A DNA stretch of 64,000 nucleotides from Paragordius varius (GCA_964247055.1 OZ176055.1:992001-1056000), one strand, 5' to 3'; shown: positions 37,071-52,529, numbered from the stretch's first letter. Notes: generated by a model from the sequence alone, not told the origin. Numbers and translations: made by a program.

Positions 37071-38906
37071 AAATTAAAATTATATTTTTTATATATATAT
37101 AATAAAATTAAGGATTAATATCCTATATATATATATATAAATATCAATAACAAATTATCATAACTTTGACTTTTGTTTATTCCACAATATTAAAATATTT
37201 TTTTTTATAATTCCTATCTTATATTGAAAACAATTTAATTTTAAATTATGACCAACTTAAACTTGATCCTTAAGAAGTTTCACAGATCTAGGTTATAAAT
37301 AAACCTTGGGTATAAACTCGCTATAATATTTTAAACTGCTTTTATTTTATAGTATTTTTTTTACTAATAATATGTATGCTAAATGTTAATAAAGTAAATA
37401 GGTTTTAGGGAAGTTTTAATTTTTTTATTTGTTTAAAATATAAATAAAAGATGTATATATTTTGACAAGAGTTAGCGGGAAAAATTCTTAAATAATTTAT
37501 CTGGAATCATTCTTGGAAAAAAAAAAGAATTTCGAATGAGATTTTTTAGAGAAATAAAGAAGGGTTTTAATAGAGTAACAATAACGATACTGACCATAAA
37601 TAAAAACAGTAAAAAAATAAACTTTGGAGATGTAAAAAAATTGTTAGTTTGCGGTAAAAAATGAGAAAAAATGGAAGTCAACACATTCCAAAAAAGTAGG
37701 GTTTGACGTAAGAAAAAACCAAACATAGTTTGTTATAAGTGTCCTTTAGATTTGATTTAAATAATACATTATTGGCGGTAGCCACCAATAAAATTCAAAG
37801 GGTCGCAAATAAAGATTTTTCTCAAAAACCATTCAGCGATAATCATAGCTAATCACATTTGAAGATATTATACTCATAATTAGTTAAAAAATCAAAAGGG
37901 CCATGAAAAAGCATATTTACTCTTGTTTAATAATAATAAATATGATATTAAATCAATGAAAAAAATTCTGTTTTTTAACGGGAAAATTTAAAATAAAAAC
38001 TGTTCAAATTCTTTTGAAAACTTTTACTGCCATAATTTTGCGATAAAATATTATTTTTAAATCGGTTATATAACTCGGAATATACTAACAGAGTTCAGCT
38101 GATTATCCATTAAACTAGATAATGACATACAAATATCCATTTAAATATATTTACTTGAGATGATTAAATTAGTGTCGCCTATAGATTAAGCGACATATTT
38201 TTACGCTCCTATTCGCATAACCAATCTCATGATCGATTTATTTGGTAATTTCGAAAGAGTTAACCTCGGTAAGCGAGTCTTCTCATTATTATTCAGATAT
38301 TTAAGCACATAAGTTACAATGAAAATAATTTTAAAACTTCCTGCTTCTAATCTTGGACGAATTTTAAATTCGGTATTATAGTTATCAAACATACTTTTGG
38401 GGTAGTTTAATACCTTAAAACGATTTTATATATCAATCAAAAGGTAACCATTGGGTGAAATTCAAAAATTATCTAAATTTTATAAACGTGAAGAAGCGGA
38501 TATAAATGAAATATGGCTTAAAGTATATTAATTACAACTTTGATTATCTTTTGATATATTATATCTTTGCAACAGCTATTTTTCATAATTGATTTGAGCG
38601 CAAAATAAAATTTAAAACTTAAATATTAATATATACAAATATTTTTACATATTTAAACCACAACACTTCATTTTAATTAATTCTCTAAGCTTTGAGTTAT
38701 CAGGCTTAAATGCATTTTGTTATGAACCAAATGTAATAACTACTACTATGATTAAAAATTAAGACTCAAATTCAATAATATTTGAATGTTATAAAATGCA
38801 GCCAACGGGAAATTTATATGTAATCTATTTAACTACTTGCAAACAGCAATTTCACAAGATAACATTTTGGCGGCAAAAAAGTATATTTTAATTGTTTTAT
38901 TGATAA

Positions 38907-38944
<38 letters not shown>

Positions 38945-39114
38945 TGAATATTAAATTTTTATGCTTTATATATATATATATATATACATATAATTTTCTG
39001 ATTCCTAAAAATTTAATAAAATTATTTATAAATTGAAGGTTAAGATTTTTATATCCATAAAAAATAAATAAAATATAAACCACATGATGGCCCATATTAT
39101 GTGTGGTTTGTGAT

Positions 39115-41712
39115 ATGGTCAAAATATTTCAGTTATTTTTATTTTTTTCCTTTAATCTAATAAACAAATACATATGCCAGTTTCAAGAAGGTGTCCGTCC
39201 AAACATTAAATATGTCAGTAAATCTCCCACCATTCTTAAACAAGGTACAGAAAAAACACTTAATTGTAACGTCGAGAATCTGGGCTCATATTCAGTATTA
39301 TTCATTTTACGCTTTATATTCTGATCAATCAGATTTTAATTTAATACATGTATGTTTTGTTGCATAGGTGAGTTGGATCTTTCGACACAACGATCAAAAT
39401 ACTATCGTAAGTTCGGGCGAATCGGTAATTTCATCAGATCCCAGATATTCAATCCGTAAAATCGCTGCAAATTCAAACGCTTTTGATTTCCAACTTACTA
39501 TCGATAAAATTAAATCAGATGATGCTGGAGATTATATTTGTCAGCTCAATATTGACAAAATCCATAAAATTATAAATGTCTTTGTTATTAGTAAGTTTTT
39601 ATTACCCTTTTCTTGAAACTCCTTACTTTTTTAAATAATGCGTTTTTTTTACTAATTTTTTTTTTACTAAATGACTAAAATTTTAAATTATACGGATGAA
39701 ACGTAAAAATATAAAGACAAATATTTTTTTGTATAAAAGATACCCATACTTTATTTAATCTTATAATTTCCCATATAATTTATTTAATTACATTTGAACC
39801 TGAATATAAAGGTAAATTTATAAATAATATACATAAATATTTGCACTGTTAATACAAGCGTGTCCAAATAATTTGTCGTCGTCATTAAAAAAAACTTTGG
39901 CATGAAAAAAATTTATATGCATCTCTTAAAAATAATTCTTAAATTAAAGCCTTGGAGTTATTTATTATATATGATTGATATATTTTTCTTATAGCTTCAC
40001 CCTTGATTGGAGATGATATATCAGGTGATTTGGTCGCTCTTGAGGGTCAAACCGTAACCCTAAGATGTAATGCAACAGGTTATCCAACACCCACCATATG
40101 TTGGAAAAAAGAGGGGGCGCCTTTACCCAACGGTAACGCATAATGAACACAAAGATTTTTTTTCAGTGTTGTTAACTTTAAATTTATCCCCGAACAATTT
40201 AAATTTACGCTCGAACAATTCTAACTCACCCTCAAATAAAATATATGTTTCTAAGATTAATAATTGCTTATATTTATATATATATATTTAAAAAAATAAT
40301 TATGTCGTTATATTTCATATTATTAATAAGTTATATTAGTTCGAAAATACATAATTTATTTTAGGGTGATTTAAATTGTTCGAGGGTGAATTTTTGTTTA
40401 AGGATGAATTTGAGCTGTAAATCTATGATAAAATGGTAACGATTTATTTTTTGCACATTCGAAAAGGTTATGATATACCATTTACAATTTAAATTTACCC
40501 TTGAACAGAAATGTACCCTAAAAATATAATATGTATTTTTGGGCTAATATAAATCATCAATAATGTGAAATATAATTTTATGGCATAGCTTATCTTTTCG
40601 GTATTATTTTAAACGAAATTTCATTTTATAAAAATATAATTAAATATAATTAATTTTCGAAAACACTTAATTTATTCTAGGGTGAATGTGAATTGTTCAA
40701 GGATGAAATTGAATTGTTTCAGGGTGAATTTGAGTTCGAGGGGAAATTTTAAATGTAAATGGTATATTAATTTAATCAACTCTAACAGTAACACAATAAG
40801 TACCGCCCTACTTTAGTGATGTTTTTCACTGTAAAAAATATAAATATTTCATGAATTTTATATACTTAAAAGTTTTTTTTTCATAACTTACTTTTTCCCA
40901 ATTTATAATAGTTATTGACCATATAATCAACGGTAATATAAAGACATTTAGTATTTACAGTAAAAATTTAAATTATACGGACAAAACGTAAAAATATAAA
41001 TTTTTTGTTCAAAACACAACCATTCTTTTTTAAAACTAAATATATCCTATAAAAATTATTTAATTTTAAAATACATTATTCATCTGCCAACAATATATAT
41101 ATATATATTTCTATTTCATATTTTACAATTTAAAACAATGAGTAGAGTATATTCGAAAATATCAAAATTAAAAAAAGATATTTGTCTTCATATTTTTAAG
41201 TTTTTTTGTCCGTATAATTTCAATTTTTACTGTAACATATAATATAAATTTTTTGTAATTGAATTTAATTTGTTTGATGGAATCTCCTGAAGATGCCATT
41301 TGATATTTTTATGTCTTATTTTACCGCCATCTCACATCGTTTAATTAAAATTTCTCATTTCGGTTATTTCATTATTAAAAAGTTTTAAACATTTTTAATA
41401 AAAGTTATGATATTACTCAAATAGATTCTAACGGTTAAAATTATTATTTTTTTTAGTTTTTTGTGTTATATATATATTCTAAAGATTGTCCTTACGAAAA
41501 TTTGTAATAATTAACCACGATGATATACAGAGTGCATACATAGTATAAAAATGAATAGTGTTAAAATATATATTTTTTATTGTCCTAAACTAGAGCTTGT
41601 TTTTTAAGTTAAAATAAAAAATTTAAAGACTTTTAAATAATTATAATAATAAAGTTAGTGTTTTTTCTGCAAATACATGATTCCCTCTAATTCAGGGGTG
41701 AACAAGCTCCCC

Positions 41713-41761
<49 letters not shown>

Positions 41762-42034
41762 CAGTCAACGCGAAAAAATTCAAAAATAAAATTTTACAAA
41801 ATCTAAGTAAAATTTTCTTCGATATGTATTTGTTGAATTCCATGTATTTTACGAATGCGGCCCGCAAAGTTATTTGTGTTGGACACCTCTGCTCTAATCT
41901 TTTCTAGAAATTGTATAAAAAATTTTGATATATATATGTATATGTTATGTTTATTTTAATTAAAAAATCATCATTTTTGAGTGTTTAAGAGAGAAAAATG
42001 AAAAAAAAAAACGTTTCAATACATTTTGTACAAA

Positions 42035-42073
<39 letters not shown>

Positions 42074-45000
42074 TACAATTTAAATTCACTCTTAAACAAT
42101 TAAAATACACTTTAAAAATAAAATATTTGTTTTCGGGCTAACATAACGCCACATAATACGAAACATAAATTTATGACATAGTTTGTTATTTTTACTGTAT
42201 TTTTTTATTTTGACAAAATTTTATTTTTTTAAAAATATAAAAAAATATGAGCAATTTTTTAGAGTGAAATTTAAGTGTAAAAGTGTGCATTTTAATGTAT
42301 TAGAGGGCAATTTGCAACATACAGGAGTCTATGGGAAAAAGAAAGAAAATAATTGTTTATTTAACATTTTGTTAAAATTTCCATACACTACTGTGATGCA
42401 AATTGCCCTACTATAGTGTAAAATAAGCAACCATTAAAATGCAATATATATCATTTACAGTTCAAATTCACCCTCGAACAATTCAAATTCACCCCTGAAC
42501 AATTTAAATTCATTCTTTTGAGAGTAAAAATTGTATATATTTTTAAAAATTAAAATTTTGTTTTTTTAATTAAAATAACTGAAAAAAAATAAACTATAAA
42601 AATATATATTAATTAATGATAAGTTATATTAGCTGCTCGAAAACACATAATTTATTTTTAGGGTGAAATTGAATTGTAAATGGTATACATATTTATATAT
42701 ATAGGTAAAGCTTTGCATTGTAATAATACGCTAGTTATTCACAATGTAACCAAATATGATCGGGGACGTTACTTTTGTATTGCAAACAATGATTATGCAT
42801 TTGCTAACATGGGAAACCAATACCAATTTGAGTATTTTGTTAAATATTTTGAGCTGTTTTAAACTTGGAAATTTTGTTTTTTGAAATGTTTTTTCTTTTT
42901 TTCATTCATTTATAAATTTAGAAATAATGGATTGGCCATGGGGGGTGGGAATGTGCCCGTTTTTTCAAACAGTAAGTTACAAATTACTTTGTATTACACA
43001 ATAAAAAATATAAGCTCTAACAACAAAATGTAAAATTATTAAGATAAATATTTTTAAAGTATAAACAACCACATTATTTTAAACATTGATTTATCCACAT
43101 AAACTATTTAATTACAAATATATTTATATAATTGAGTGTTTTAATTATTACCTATTTTTCGATCCAAAATTAACAGTGTTTACATTTAAAAAGTCAAGAT
43201 TAAGTTATAAAATGTATGGCTGTTTTTATAGGCGAGATATATTTGTCTGTCTTTATTATTATACAATTTTTTACTGTAAAAATGCAAAATTCCAGGGATC
43301 CTTACTATACAGTTTTTTGTTCTCCAAAGAAACTAAGTTTTAATGTAAAAGATTTCTTCATATTTTTAAGCATAAAAATTTTGCGGGCGAAAAAAACTCT
43401 TTTTTTGTATTTGCTCATACTATGTAGATTTTGATGACAGTTCCCGTAAACCCGTTGAATTGCTTGTAGAGTTTCGACCAGAATTTCCTGTCCTTTTGAA
43501 TAATCCAAAGCGGATTATAGCACAAAGTCCTAATCGTGATTTCCATGCTATCCTAGAGTGTCACATACAGGCCTACCCAGCCCCTAAAACGTGGTGGACA
43601 AAGGTAGTTGGTTTATTAATTTATTTCATTATATTTTTAATTAAATTTATAAAATTCCTAACATTTTGACTTAAATTAGATTTTATCAGTATTATGGCTT
43701 TTGTTTTTGGTTAAATCCCCCCTTCCCCATTGAAAAAGTTACTACCATTGTATACAATTTACAGTTTATTTTCACCCTTGAACAATTTGATTCATTCCAA
43801 AAATAAATTATGTGTTTTTTTAAAGTTGAAATTACCTATACCTTTTTTATATTCTGAAAAAAATTAAATTTTGTTAAAAATTATTATAATACTGAACAAA
43901 CTGTGCCATAAAAATATATTTCATATTAATGATGAGTTATATTAGCCAAATAACACATAATTTATCTTTAAGGAGAGGGTGAATTCGAATTGTAAATCGC
44001 ATGTACAAAATTTTGGATATAGTTTAAATTATTATTATTTTAATATATAATATTTGTTTTGCTGACAATATTAAAAAGTTTAAGTTTTTATAATTTAATT
44101 AGAGAGAGAGATTATGTGTTTAGTAGTCTAGTATGTTAAGTTTATAATTGGAAATGGAATTTAAACATTTTCCTATTACAGTAAAATGGAAATTATTCAA
44201 TTAAAACGTAAAAAATAATAGAATACCAATCTGTTTTCTTTAAAAAGATGACCATTGATTTTTTAACCTTGATTTTTTCAACGCAATAAAAACCTTTCGT
44301 TTTGGATTGCAATATAAGAAATAAAAAAGATATGGTCATAAGTTTACGTTTCTTATAATTTATATACCGTAAATAAAATTTCGTCAATATTTCAGGTTAA
44401 TATTTATTATAGCAACGGAAGTGCATTTTTGCAATGAAAATGATATTTTTAAGTAAAGAGCTTCTAATGTTGAGTTATTTTTATGTAGTTTATGTTTCTA
44501 ACAATTAAAGGTTTGAATATATGTACCAACTTGCAAGGAGAATACTATTTTTGCCCTTAAAATATATGAATTGGGCCTATAAATTTTATTATTATCATCA
44601 CACTACTTAATATTTGCTATTCGCCCTTTCTTTATAAATGTTATTATTAATGTTTCACACACATATTTTTTAGGTAGCGAAGGAGATATCAAGCGGTACC
44701 AATGAAAAACAAATCCATGATAATTATAAATATGAAGTAACATTTTTATAAATTTTGTAAGGCTATTATAATTTTTAATTTTTATAATGAAATGAATATT
44801 TTATTTAAGACGCCCTAAATTAGTTTAGTTATATAATCGATCGATCTATCACACCACTTTTATTTTACGAATTGAAATCTCTAAAAATTTAAATTGAGTA
44901 AAATTTGAACAAAAGTTTTTTTTGAAAGCCTAATACGGAATTCTGGTTCAATTATTTTGAATAAAACTGTAAAAAAATTTAAGGAGATTAATATATTTAT

Positions 45001-46156
45001 CATGCAATCAAAATAATAATTTCACACAAAGTCGTAACTATCTGAAACTATTAAATATAAATCTCTATTTTAATATATATATTACATACAGATAACTTAT
45101 TACCCCGATCAAAATGATGAGTATAAAACGACGACCACACTAAAAATTTTACAAGTTCAGAATCAAGATTTTGGCCATTATCGATGTCATGCCTCAAATA
45201 CACAGGGGTCCGCTTCATACCCTTTTGAGTTGATTGGTAACTGCTTTTTTTGTTTTTTTAACAATTAATTTTTTTAAAACACCTTTTTGTGTAAATTGGT
45301 AGTTTTTTTCAATTTTTTCTCTAAAAAATGATATACAGTGGGGATTTTTATCTTCAATAATGAGTCTAATCATGAAAAAATGCATGGCTTTTTATTCGCA
45401 TTATGAAAAATTATTATGAAAAATTAATTTTTTAGTTTTCTAAATTTTAAATTAGCTTATTAAGATAAAAGTAATTTTTGATAATGGAAATAAAAAAATC
45501 TGATTTATTTAATGTTGGATCGAATATATATATTATATTTATTCAAAGTATATGCAACAATACAACTTTTAACAGTTGTATTTCAAAGAACTCCCACTTT
45601 TAATAATTTAAGTTCGAGAAAATACTTTATGGTTGTTGTTTAATTAAAAATGCCTAATATGAGCCCTGGTCCTATGTAAATAATTGGAAAATTTTGGAAA
45701 TTTTTACAGTAAAGATTGAAATTAAAAAGACAAAAGTAATAACTATGGGACAAATATTTTTCTAACCAGTCAGCTATACTTTAATACTTTTTTTTAACAT
45801 ACAACATATAATTACAATTTAAAATATATAATTAAATGTTTCCAATTAATATCTCTATTCTTTAATTTGCGAACGAAATGATAGATCTAATAATATAAAA
45901 ATAAGGTTTAATAATTATGGATATCTTTAAAAGGGTGCATTTTTGTTTTTGAAAATTATGGATTCATTTTTTACTGTAATAAAGTTTTTTTATCATATAT
46001 ATCTTTTTAGAATCCTCGGTCATTGTTCAAGAATATGGTAGTATTAATGCGATTAATTCGCTATCAGACACTTCGTTTGCCATTAGACTACACTTTAATT
46101 GGCGACAATTTTGTTTTGCATTTTTAAGCATTTATCTCATATCCATAATACTCTAA
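39115..46156 (+). CDS. Lachesin-like (IgLON/lachesin family) GPI-anchored protein with three Ig domains; 8 exons, 394 aa
   Basis: Exons 39115-39294, 39368-39590, 39995-40132, 42705-42831, 43441-43603, 44674-44736, 45092-45236, 46011-46156; 1185 nt, phases consistent. Signal peptide MVKIFQLFLFFSF; Ig1 LNCNVE..VSW..LTIDKIKSDDAGDYICQ; Ig2 LRCNATGYPTPTICW..DRGRYFCIANN; Ig3 VEFRP..LECHIQAYPAP..W..DFGHYRCHASN; hydrophobic C-terminal GPI-type tail FCFAFLSIYLISIIL*. Confidence 0.88.
40478..40762. mobile_element. MITE family C (CCATTTACA..AAATT.ACCC TIRs, subterminal ~20-bp repeats, TA-flanked); also ~40178-40425 and ~43750-44005
   Basis: ta|ccatttacaatttaaatttaccc ... ggggaaattttaaatgtaaatgg|ta. Confidence 0.8.
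40958..41232. mobile_element. MITE family B, well-preserved copy
   Basis: ta|cagtaaaaatttaaattatacggacaaaacgtaaaaatat ... ttttgtccgtataatttcaatttttactg|ta. Confidence 0.88.
41693..41891. mobile_element. hAT MITE with 8-bp TSD and internal (TA)n
   Basis: TIRs caggggtgaacaa / (rc) cagaggtgtccaa; TSD ctctaatt (41685-41692) / ctctaatc (41892-41899). Confidence 0.82.
42451..42683. mobile_element. MITE family C, 21 bp upstream of a lachesin-like exon acceptor
   Basis: tcatttacagttcaaattcaccc ... gggtgaaattgaattgtaaatgg|ta. Confidence 0.78.
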
Positions 46157-49100
46157 AATTTTATTTAATTACCGTAATATTTATTAAACATAATTTTCCA
46201 TTTTTTTACAAAAAAATATTTTAAAATTTGCAAAATATTGCATTTAATGATAATACATTTTATTGTGATGCGCCAAAACATTCCACCTCCATTTTATATT
46301 TAATATTTTTTAATTTTTTTTGATATGCATATATGTATATATATTGAAATTATGGACGAATCATGCATTTATTTATCGTGATAATTATTCTGTGATATCA
46401 TATTTTAAAATATATATATATATATATATATGTATACTGATACTGGGTAATTATAAAAAAATTACTTGCAATTGGTATTGATATAACGGTATAGTTTTTA
46501 TCTTCAACAGATTTAAATGTAAGAGTTTTGATAGCGTGCTCAAATTATTGAATATTTCAATTTGAAGAAATATTTTCATTAGCAGCGATAATTTAGATGA
46601 CATTGAAACGACAATATTGGGAGAATGTTTAATTAAGAATTAAATATGTGGGCATCTATAACCAGATGGATAGGCATTGTTTGGTGGAAAAAGTGCCCAA
46701 ATTATAAATCTCTATGTTAAATTCTGTATTATTTATACTATTTAGAGGGCTAATCAACAACTTTTTTGTTTTACTATACGTCAGGATTTCTACGAATTTT
46801 TATGCGATAATACTCGTATTACTATCAGCTCTTGTTGAAATCTTATTATTTACACCATGAGAATAAAGTCATATTTTACATTTACAAGTCATTGATTGTT
46901 GAAAAAACGAATAGAATAGATATAATTTGATTGTTAAAAAAATATCAGTTGACTATGAATGATGCTAAATAACATAATTTGATTGTTGGAAAGTGATGGC
47001 ATATTGTTGAAAATATTCTGGTATTATTTTGTTTTATTAAAATATAAAAAAAATTAAATTAAATATTTAAAGACGAATATAAGTTGATTGTTGACAATAC
47101 TTATAAATTTATTATTTATTTCTAGAAAGTGATGGCTGATAAAATTTTGCTAAATATTTAATTAAATGAAGCATGGCATTTTGAAGCGTGTGGGAAATGG
47201 TATAGAAACTTTAAAATATAATATAAATAACTTCATTTGGCAACATTCTATCACCTCAGATTTTGTTTAATTATGTGTCTTAGTTCAAATTCATGCGATT
47301 TTTTGCGGATTAACTTATTGAAGAAGAACAATATTTTTGGCTCAGCACAACGTAATTATATAAAAAAAAGATTTTGTTACAAATCCTTTTATACCGTTTC
47401 CAACATATTCAAATACCATCGATGCTCACAAAGTTAGTCCATAAGTGATGATATCTCACAAATAAATATTAAATTTTTTTAACATATATTGCTTACATTT
47501 TAAATGTATTTTATAATATATTTGTTAAATGAAGTATTTAGCAACAATAAATATTAATTTATGGGTATTGTCAACAATAAAATGGTCATCCTACTATATG
47601 TAATATATTATCAATATTTAAAATGCGCTCATAAGTATTAACAATCGAATAATAATACCAAGCTACTATAATTTTAGCATAATCGCCAATTTTGCGATTT
47701 TTCTGGAGCAATTGCACAATGGTAAAGATTTTTCCTTATATGACTCGCATGGCCCTCAAAAACATTATGAGAATCTTATGCTTAAAAATTTATATATTTC
47801 ATCAGGATCTTTTTTGTAACCGTCCCCCCTTACTTTCAGCGCAGTGTTATTTAACCTATAAGATCTCATTGGTTATACAAATAGTTGCTTCAAAACCATG
47901 TTAATTTTTTATGGTGGTGGATTTAACATAGGGTGCAGTATCCAAAGGTTATAAAAAAGTGGTCGCAATTACTCTTGCTTTGTGTGTAAATATTGAATAT
48001 AATTTCATAGTCTAAAATATAATATTTTATGGGCGTAGTTTACAGAGGGTGGAGGAATGTTCAGAGATTAATTTTAAAAAGATCTGGTACGGGAAATGTC
48101 TAAAAGCATTTTTTAATCCAGTTTTAATTTTCTAAAAATGCCTTAAAGCCATTTTATATTTATATGGGTTATAGAAAATCCATAAGTTAATATAAAAAAG
48201 CGCTGTACTAATTTTTGTCTTTATGCGTAGAATACTTATTATAACTGATTGATTTTGTAGTCTCAGAACTTGGGCGAGTACTGCTTCAAAAAATTATTTT
48301 TTGAGACGTTTTCCTACAAAATGTTTCCGGGAAGATCGGGAAGAAATAATAGGAAATTTAAAAAACCTATTATGATCGACGCAATCGTAAAAAAATACTA
48401 AATATTTGAGTGGGTCAATTTTCTGGAATATTTGTCTCAGCCACAATTTTTAGAGATGTGCTAAAAGACATGGCGGTGAATTAAACGGATGTCTAAAAAT
48501 ACTTGGGGGATATATAAATAAAAATTTCCACTATTTTTTTGAAAAAATTACACCATAACCAACATTCTACATTTTAATTAGTATACAAAATGCAAAAAAT
48601 ATCTTGATAATATATATATATATATATATATATATTATGGTAAAAGCTCTCTAAGATATCTATATAAAAGTATATAAAAACCAAAACAATATTTTATAAA
48701 ATTTTATATTAGACGTGGGCTCAGAAAATTTTATATTCTACCTTCGTCTAAATAGGGCTAATATTTTTAAAACACACTTCAAGATATCGCGCGATAAAAT
48801 TTTTAAATATATACTTATATGCCATTAAATTTTATAGAAAAAAAAATGTTTTTGTTAAAAATTAAACTTATAGCAAGTTTTGGTGAAGCTAGTTTTATGG
48901 TATTTTGATGAATAGTGGAAACGGTAAACACATCAAATATTTTATTTATTTTGTTTAAAACAAATTATTTAACTTAAATTTGTCGACTAACAAAAATTTT
49001 GGAAAGCGGTGATATAAATGTTTAGCATCATTGAATTATATAAACGTTTTTAATACCTTTAAGCATTTGCATACCGTTTTCACCTGCTTCATAATAGCAT

Positions 49101-50122
49101 CTCTTCACCAATGTTTTTATAAATTTAATTTTTAAGCAAAATATCCTTTTTCGGGACAACTTTTTATGTTATAATTTAGCATGTATTAATTATTTTTTCT
49201 CCCAATATCGGTATTTTATATATGTTTTAAGTAACTGGCAAAAATTATTGTCCTGCTATTTATATAATTTTATGATATATAGTGATATTTTTCGATTGGT
49301 ATTTAGCTTTCACTAAAAAAATTTTAATTAACAAAATAATAATAAATTTTGCCATTTTCTGATATGGAACAGTTACCTTAAAGTGGTATTAACTTTTTTA
49401 TCTTTCGTAAGGCATAAAACCAAAAGCACCATGATAAGCTTGATACATTATTCTATTACATCAGGATTGCCTCGATTTGACACTGTGTAAATATAATGGA
49501 ATTTTGTAAGTCTTATAAGACACGTTAATAGCCATATTAGCTAATTAATATCTGACTCCCAATTACAGCATAATTATATGAAAGACATAACATTTTTTTA
49601 CCTACCCTTGATCAATTACCAAATTACATCAGTTTACTATTAAGAAACACCTCCCTTAAAATAATATCATTATAACAGAATAATTTTGTGCGTCACACCT
49701 TTTTTTCCTTAATTTAACTGTTTAATGATTAATGTGTGACATATTTCATAGCTAAGTAAATAAGCAAATATTTACTTTACATTACCCCCATTAAAAACCG
49801 TCATTACGCAAAGGAGGTCATATATCATAAAATTGGATATAAGCCGTTTTAGGAAGCTGTCATAACTTTTTTTGTATCATCCATGAACCAAAACGCAATT
49901 TCAATATTCTTAATAGGTGTTGTGATAAACTGCTTTAACACTTACAATACCTATTTTTTGATTAATGGTAATATTTATATTATTTTATATATATATTTTA
50001 AAAGCCCCTTTAATATAATCTGTTTTTTACGAAAGTTGTATATTTTTAATTTAATTTTAAAAAAGTTTTATTAGTCCGAAGTTTTTTTAAGAAAATGGTA
50101 AAATATTATTTATATTGTATAG

Positions 50123-50367
50123 TACCTAAAGCATATAGTAAAACAACCAATCCTCCCAAATATTTGGAAACAGAATCAAATAATAAAAATCTTTCTAAGC
50201 ATGATCTGTGCCTTGATCTTGATAAGTATTTACCCATCACTCAACAACAAGGAGATAATACCATTTACTTAAAGGATCGGACAATTAAAAATTGTTCGCT
50301 TGTTTTAGAAGTTAGAGATGCCTTCACAAACAAACTTATTTATGTTGCCAATGTAAATTCATACTAA
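50123..50367 (+). other. Possible terminal exon of an unresolved plus-strand gene
   Basis: tgtatag| acceptor, then 81 open codons with protein-like composition (PKAYSKTTNPPKYLETES...LVLEVRDAFTNKLIYVANVNSY*). No upstream exons or homology recognised. Confidence 0.3.
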
Positions 50368-51294
50368 TATTTCAACATTTTACAACATTAATTTCCTTTA
50401 ATATAGACTAACAATCTTTAATAGGAATCGTAGAATGAAAAAATGCTTGAATTGAGAAACGGTTTCATATGGTTACGATCGTTGCTGTAACCGCTTTTAA
50501 AATCAACCAGATTAAGACATATGTTTATCTCGTTACACGAAATAAATAAAATCTAAATTAAAGGCCATATAATTATAAAATTTTATAATTTATTAATTGT
50601 TTTTGATCTTCTATACAATAACTTATCTGCTTCTCTAAAATTTTGTATTTTACCGATACTTAACATCCTTTTTTAAATTTAGTTTTAGTATTGTTATAAT
50701 AAAGCGACCTCTTTAATTAAATTACAATATTATATTTAAAACTTCATTTTTCTAAACGGATTCAGCCACTGGATGATATTCCCCAAATTTTGGCTTTTTA
50801 GAGAGATTATAACGGATAATCTATGTATTGAATTTTATAAAAATTTAAGCTAATGCACAAAACATCCTAAAATGATATATTTATAAACGCAGCATTTCTT
50901 AAAAAAGGCACTATACTAGATTGCCAAAAACATTTTATTTAGACATTTTTAATATAAAATCTGTTTGATTTTTGACCGATCTAAATTTTTAATTTTTGAC
51001 CAATGCAGTCAATGGTTTTAATCAGTTATTATATAACAATTGAGTAACTACGCTGTTGCAAACAAAAATTTTGCAGTTCGAAAGAGTGATATTTGTATAG
51101 AGATATTAATTACTAAAATATTTTTTTAAATATATTAAACGCTCTTTAGAGTGACGAATGCTCTATAACTGCAACAAGACGCCCAAACACATACTTTAAT
51201 TTGAAAGCTTATCGCAAAAATGAACTTGGATTAGATCAATTGTTTGTGCTTAAATATTATCAAAGATTAGGTAATAAAAAATTGGATATTACAA

Positions 51295-51325
<31 letters not shown>

Positions 51326-52529
51326 TCGTTAAAAATTTTAAAAAATTTAAAACTTATATAGATTGTGTGAACTTTCTATTTAATCAGTACAATTATGATA
51401 CACGAATTAATTTCGTGCCTCACATCTATCCTCTGACTCTCCAAGTTCTATATACAGAAAAAGGAAAACACAAAGATTATCCGGTAATTTAATTTGTTAA
51501 ATCATTTTATTTCAATTGTAATACTTAATTTATATTGTTATCTATTTTATAACTCTATTTTTTACAGTTTTAAACAATGAGTTATATTTTAAAAAATCAA
51601 GATATAAAAAGTATGGTTGTCTTTTAAAATTTTATGTTATATATTTTTACGCTTGGTCCGTATGATTTCCATTTTTACCGTAAATATGATTCTAGGTTTT
51701 TTGGTTCTTTCTGGTAAATAATATTCCTAAAGTACAGTAACGAAAGCTATTATAGATGCATGTAAATTAAATGATCTTTTTGCGATTTATATAAATCAAC
51801 CTTTAATAGCTCTCTCTACTGTATCAAAATGCCAAATTTTAATAAATATATATAATGTTAGATTGGATATTCTGATTTTTTCACCATACCAAACGAAAAT
51901 ATCATGGCCATTAATTTTGACGAAATTTTACCAAACAATAGTATTGAATCCATAACGTTGCCCATTAAAAAAGGTTATATTTTATATGCATGAATATACA
52001 GTGGTGGACTTAACTTGCATTTAAATTATCCAGTTGAATTTTTAGTTTTTTGCATAATCCGGGTAAAGCATTATAATTTTAAATCTAATTTATATTTGAA
52101 TGTGTTGATCAAGACGAATTTTACATCATTCAACATACAGTATAAATAAGTATCGCTAATTTTTCACTAATTATTGCCAGATATCATATAAAGCAGAGGG
52201 CAATATAAATGTCCTAGTATTAATTTTTTAGCTTTTTAATGCTTTTAGACAATCTTTCTGGCAATATTTAATAAAAAACTAGCAATGTAAATTTACTTAT
52301 ACTGTAGTATAATTTTAATATTCGGCTTAGATTCAAATAATTTGTATGAATGCGATGGCTGCATGGTATTATACGAAACGTCTCATTAAACTGCCCATAT
52401 TTGCCTATCTTTCGCACAAAATGGATTTTTTCAAAGAATGACTCTTATTTTGCTATAAATAAATGGATAAAGAAAGATATTTTTTTAAAAAAAAATAATT
52501 ATAATTTTTCAAATATTGATTCTTTTATA

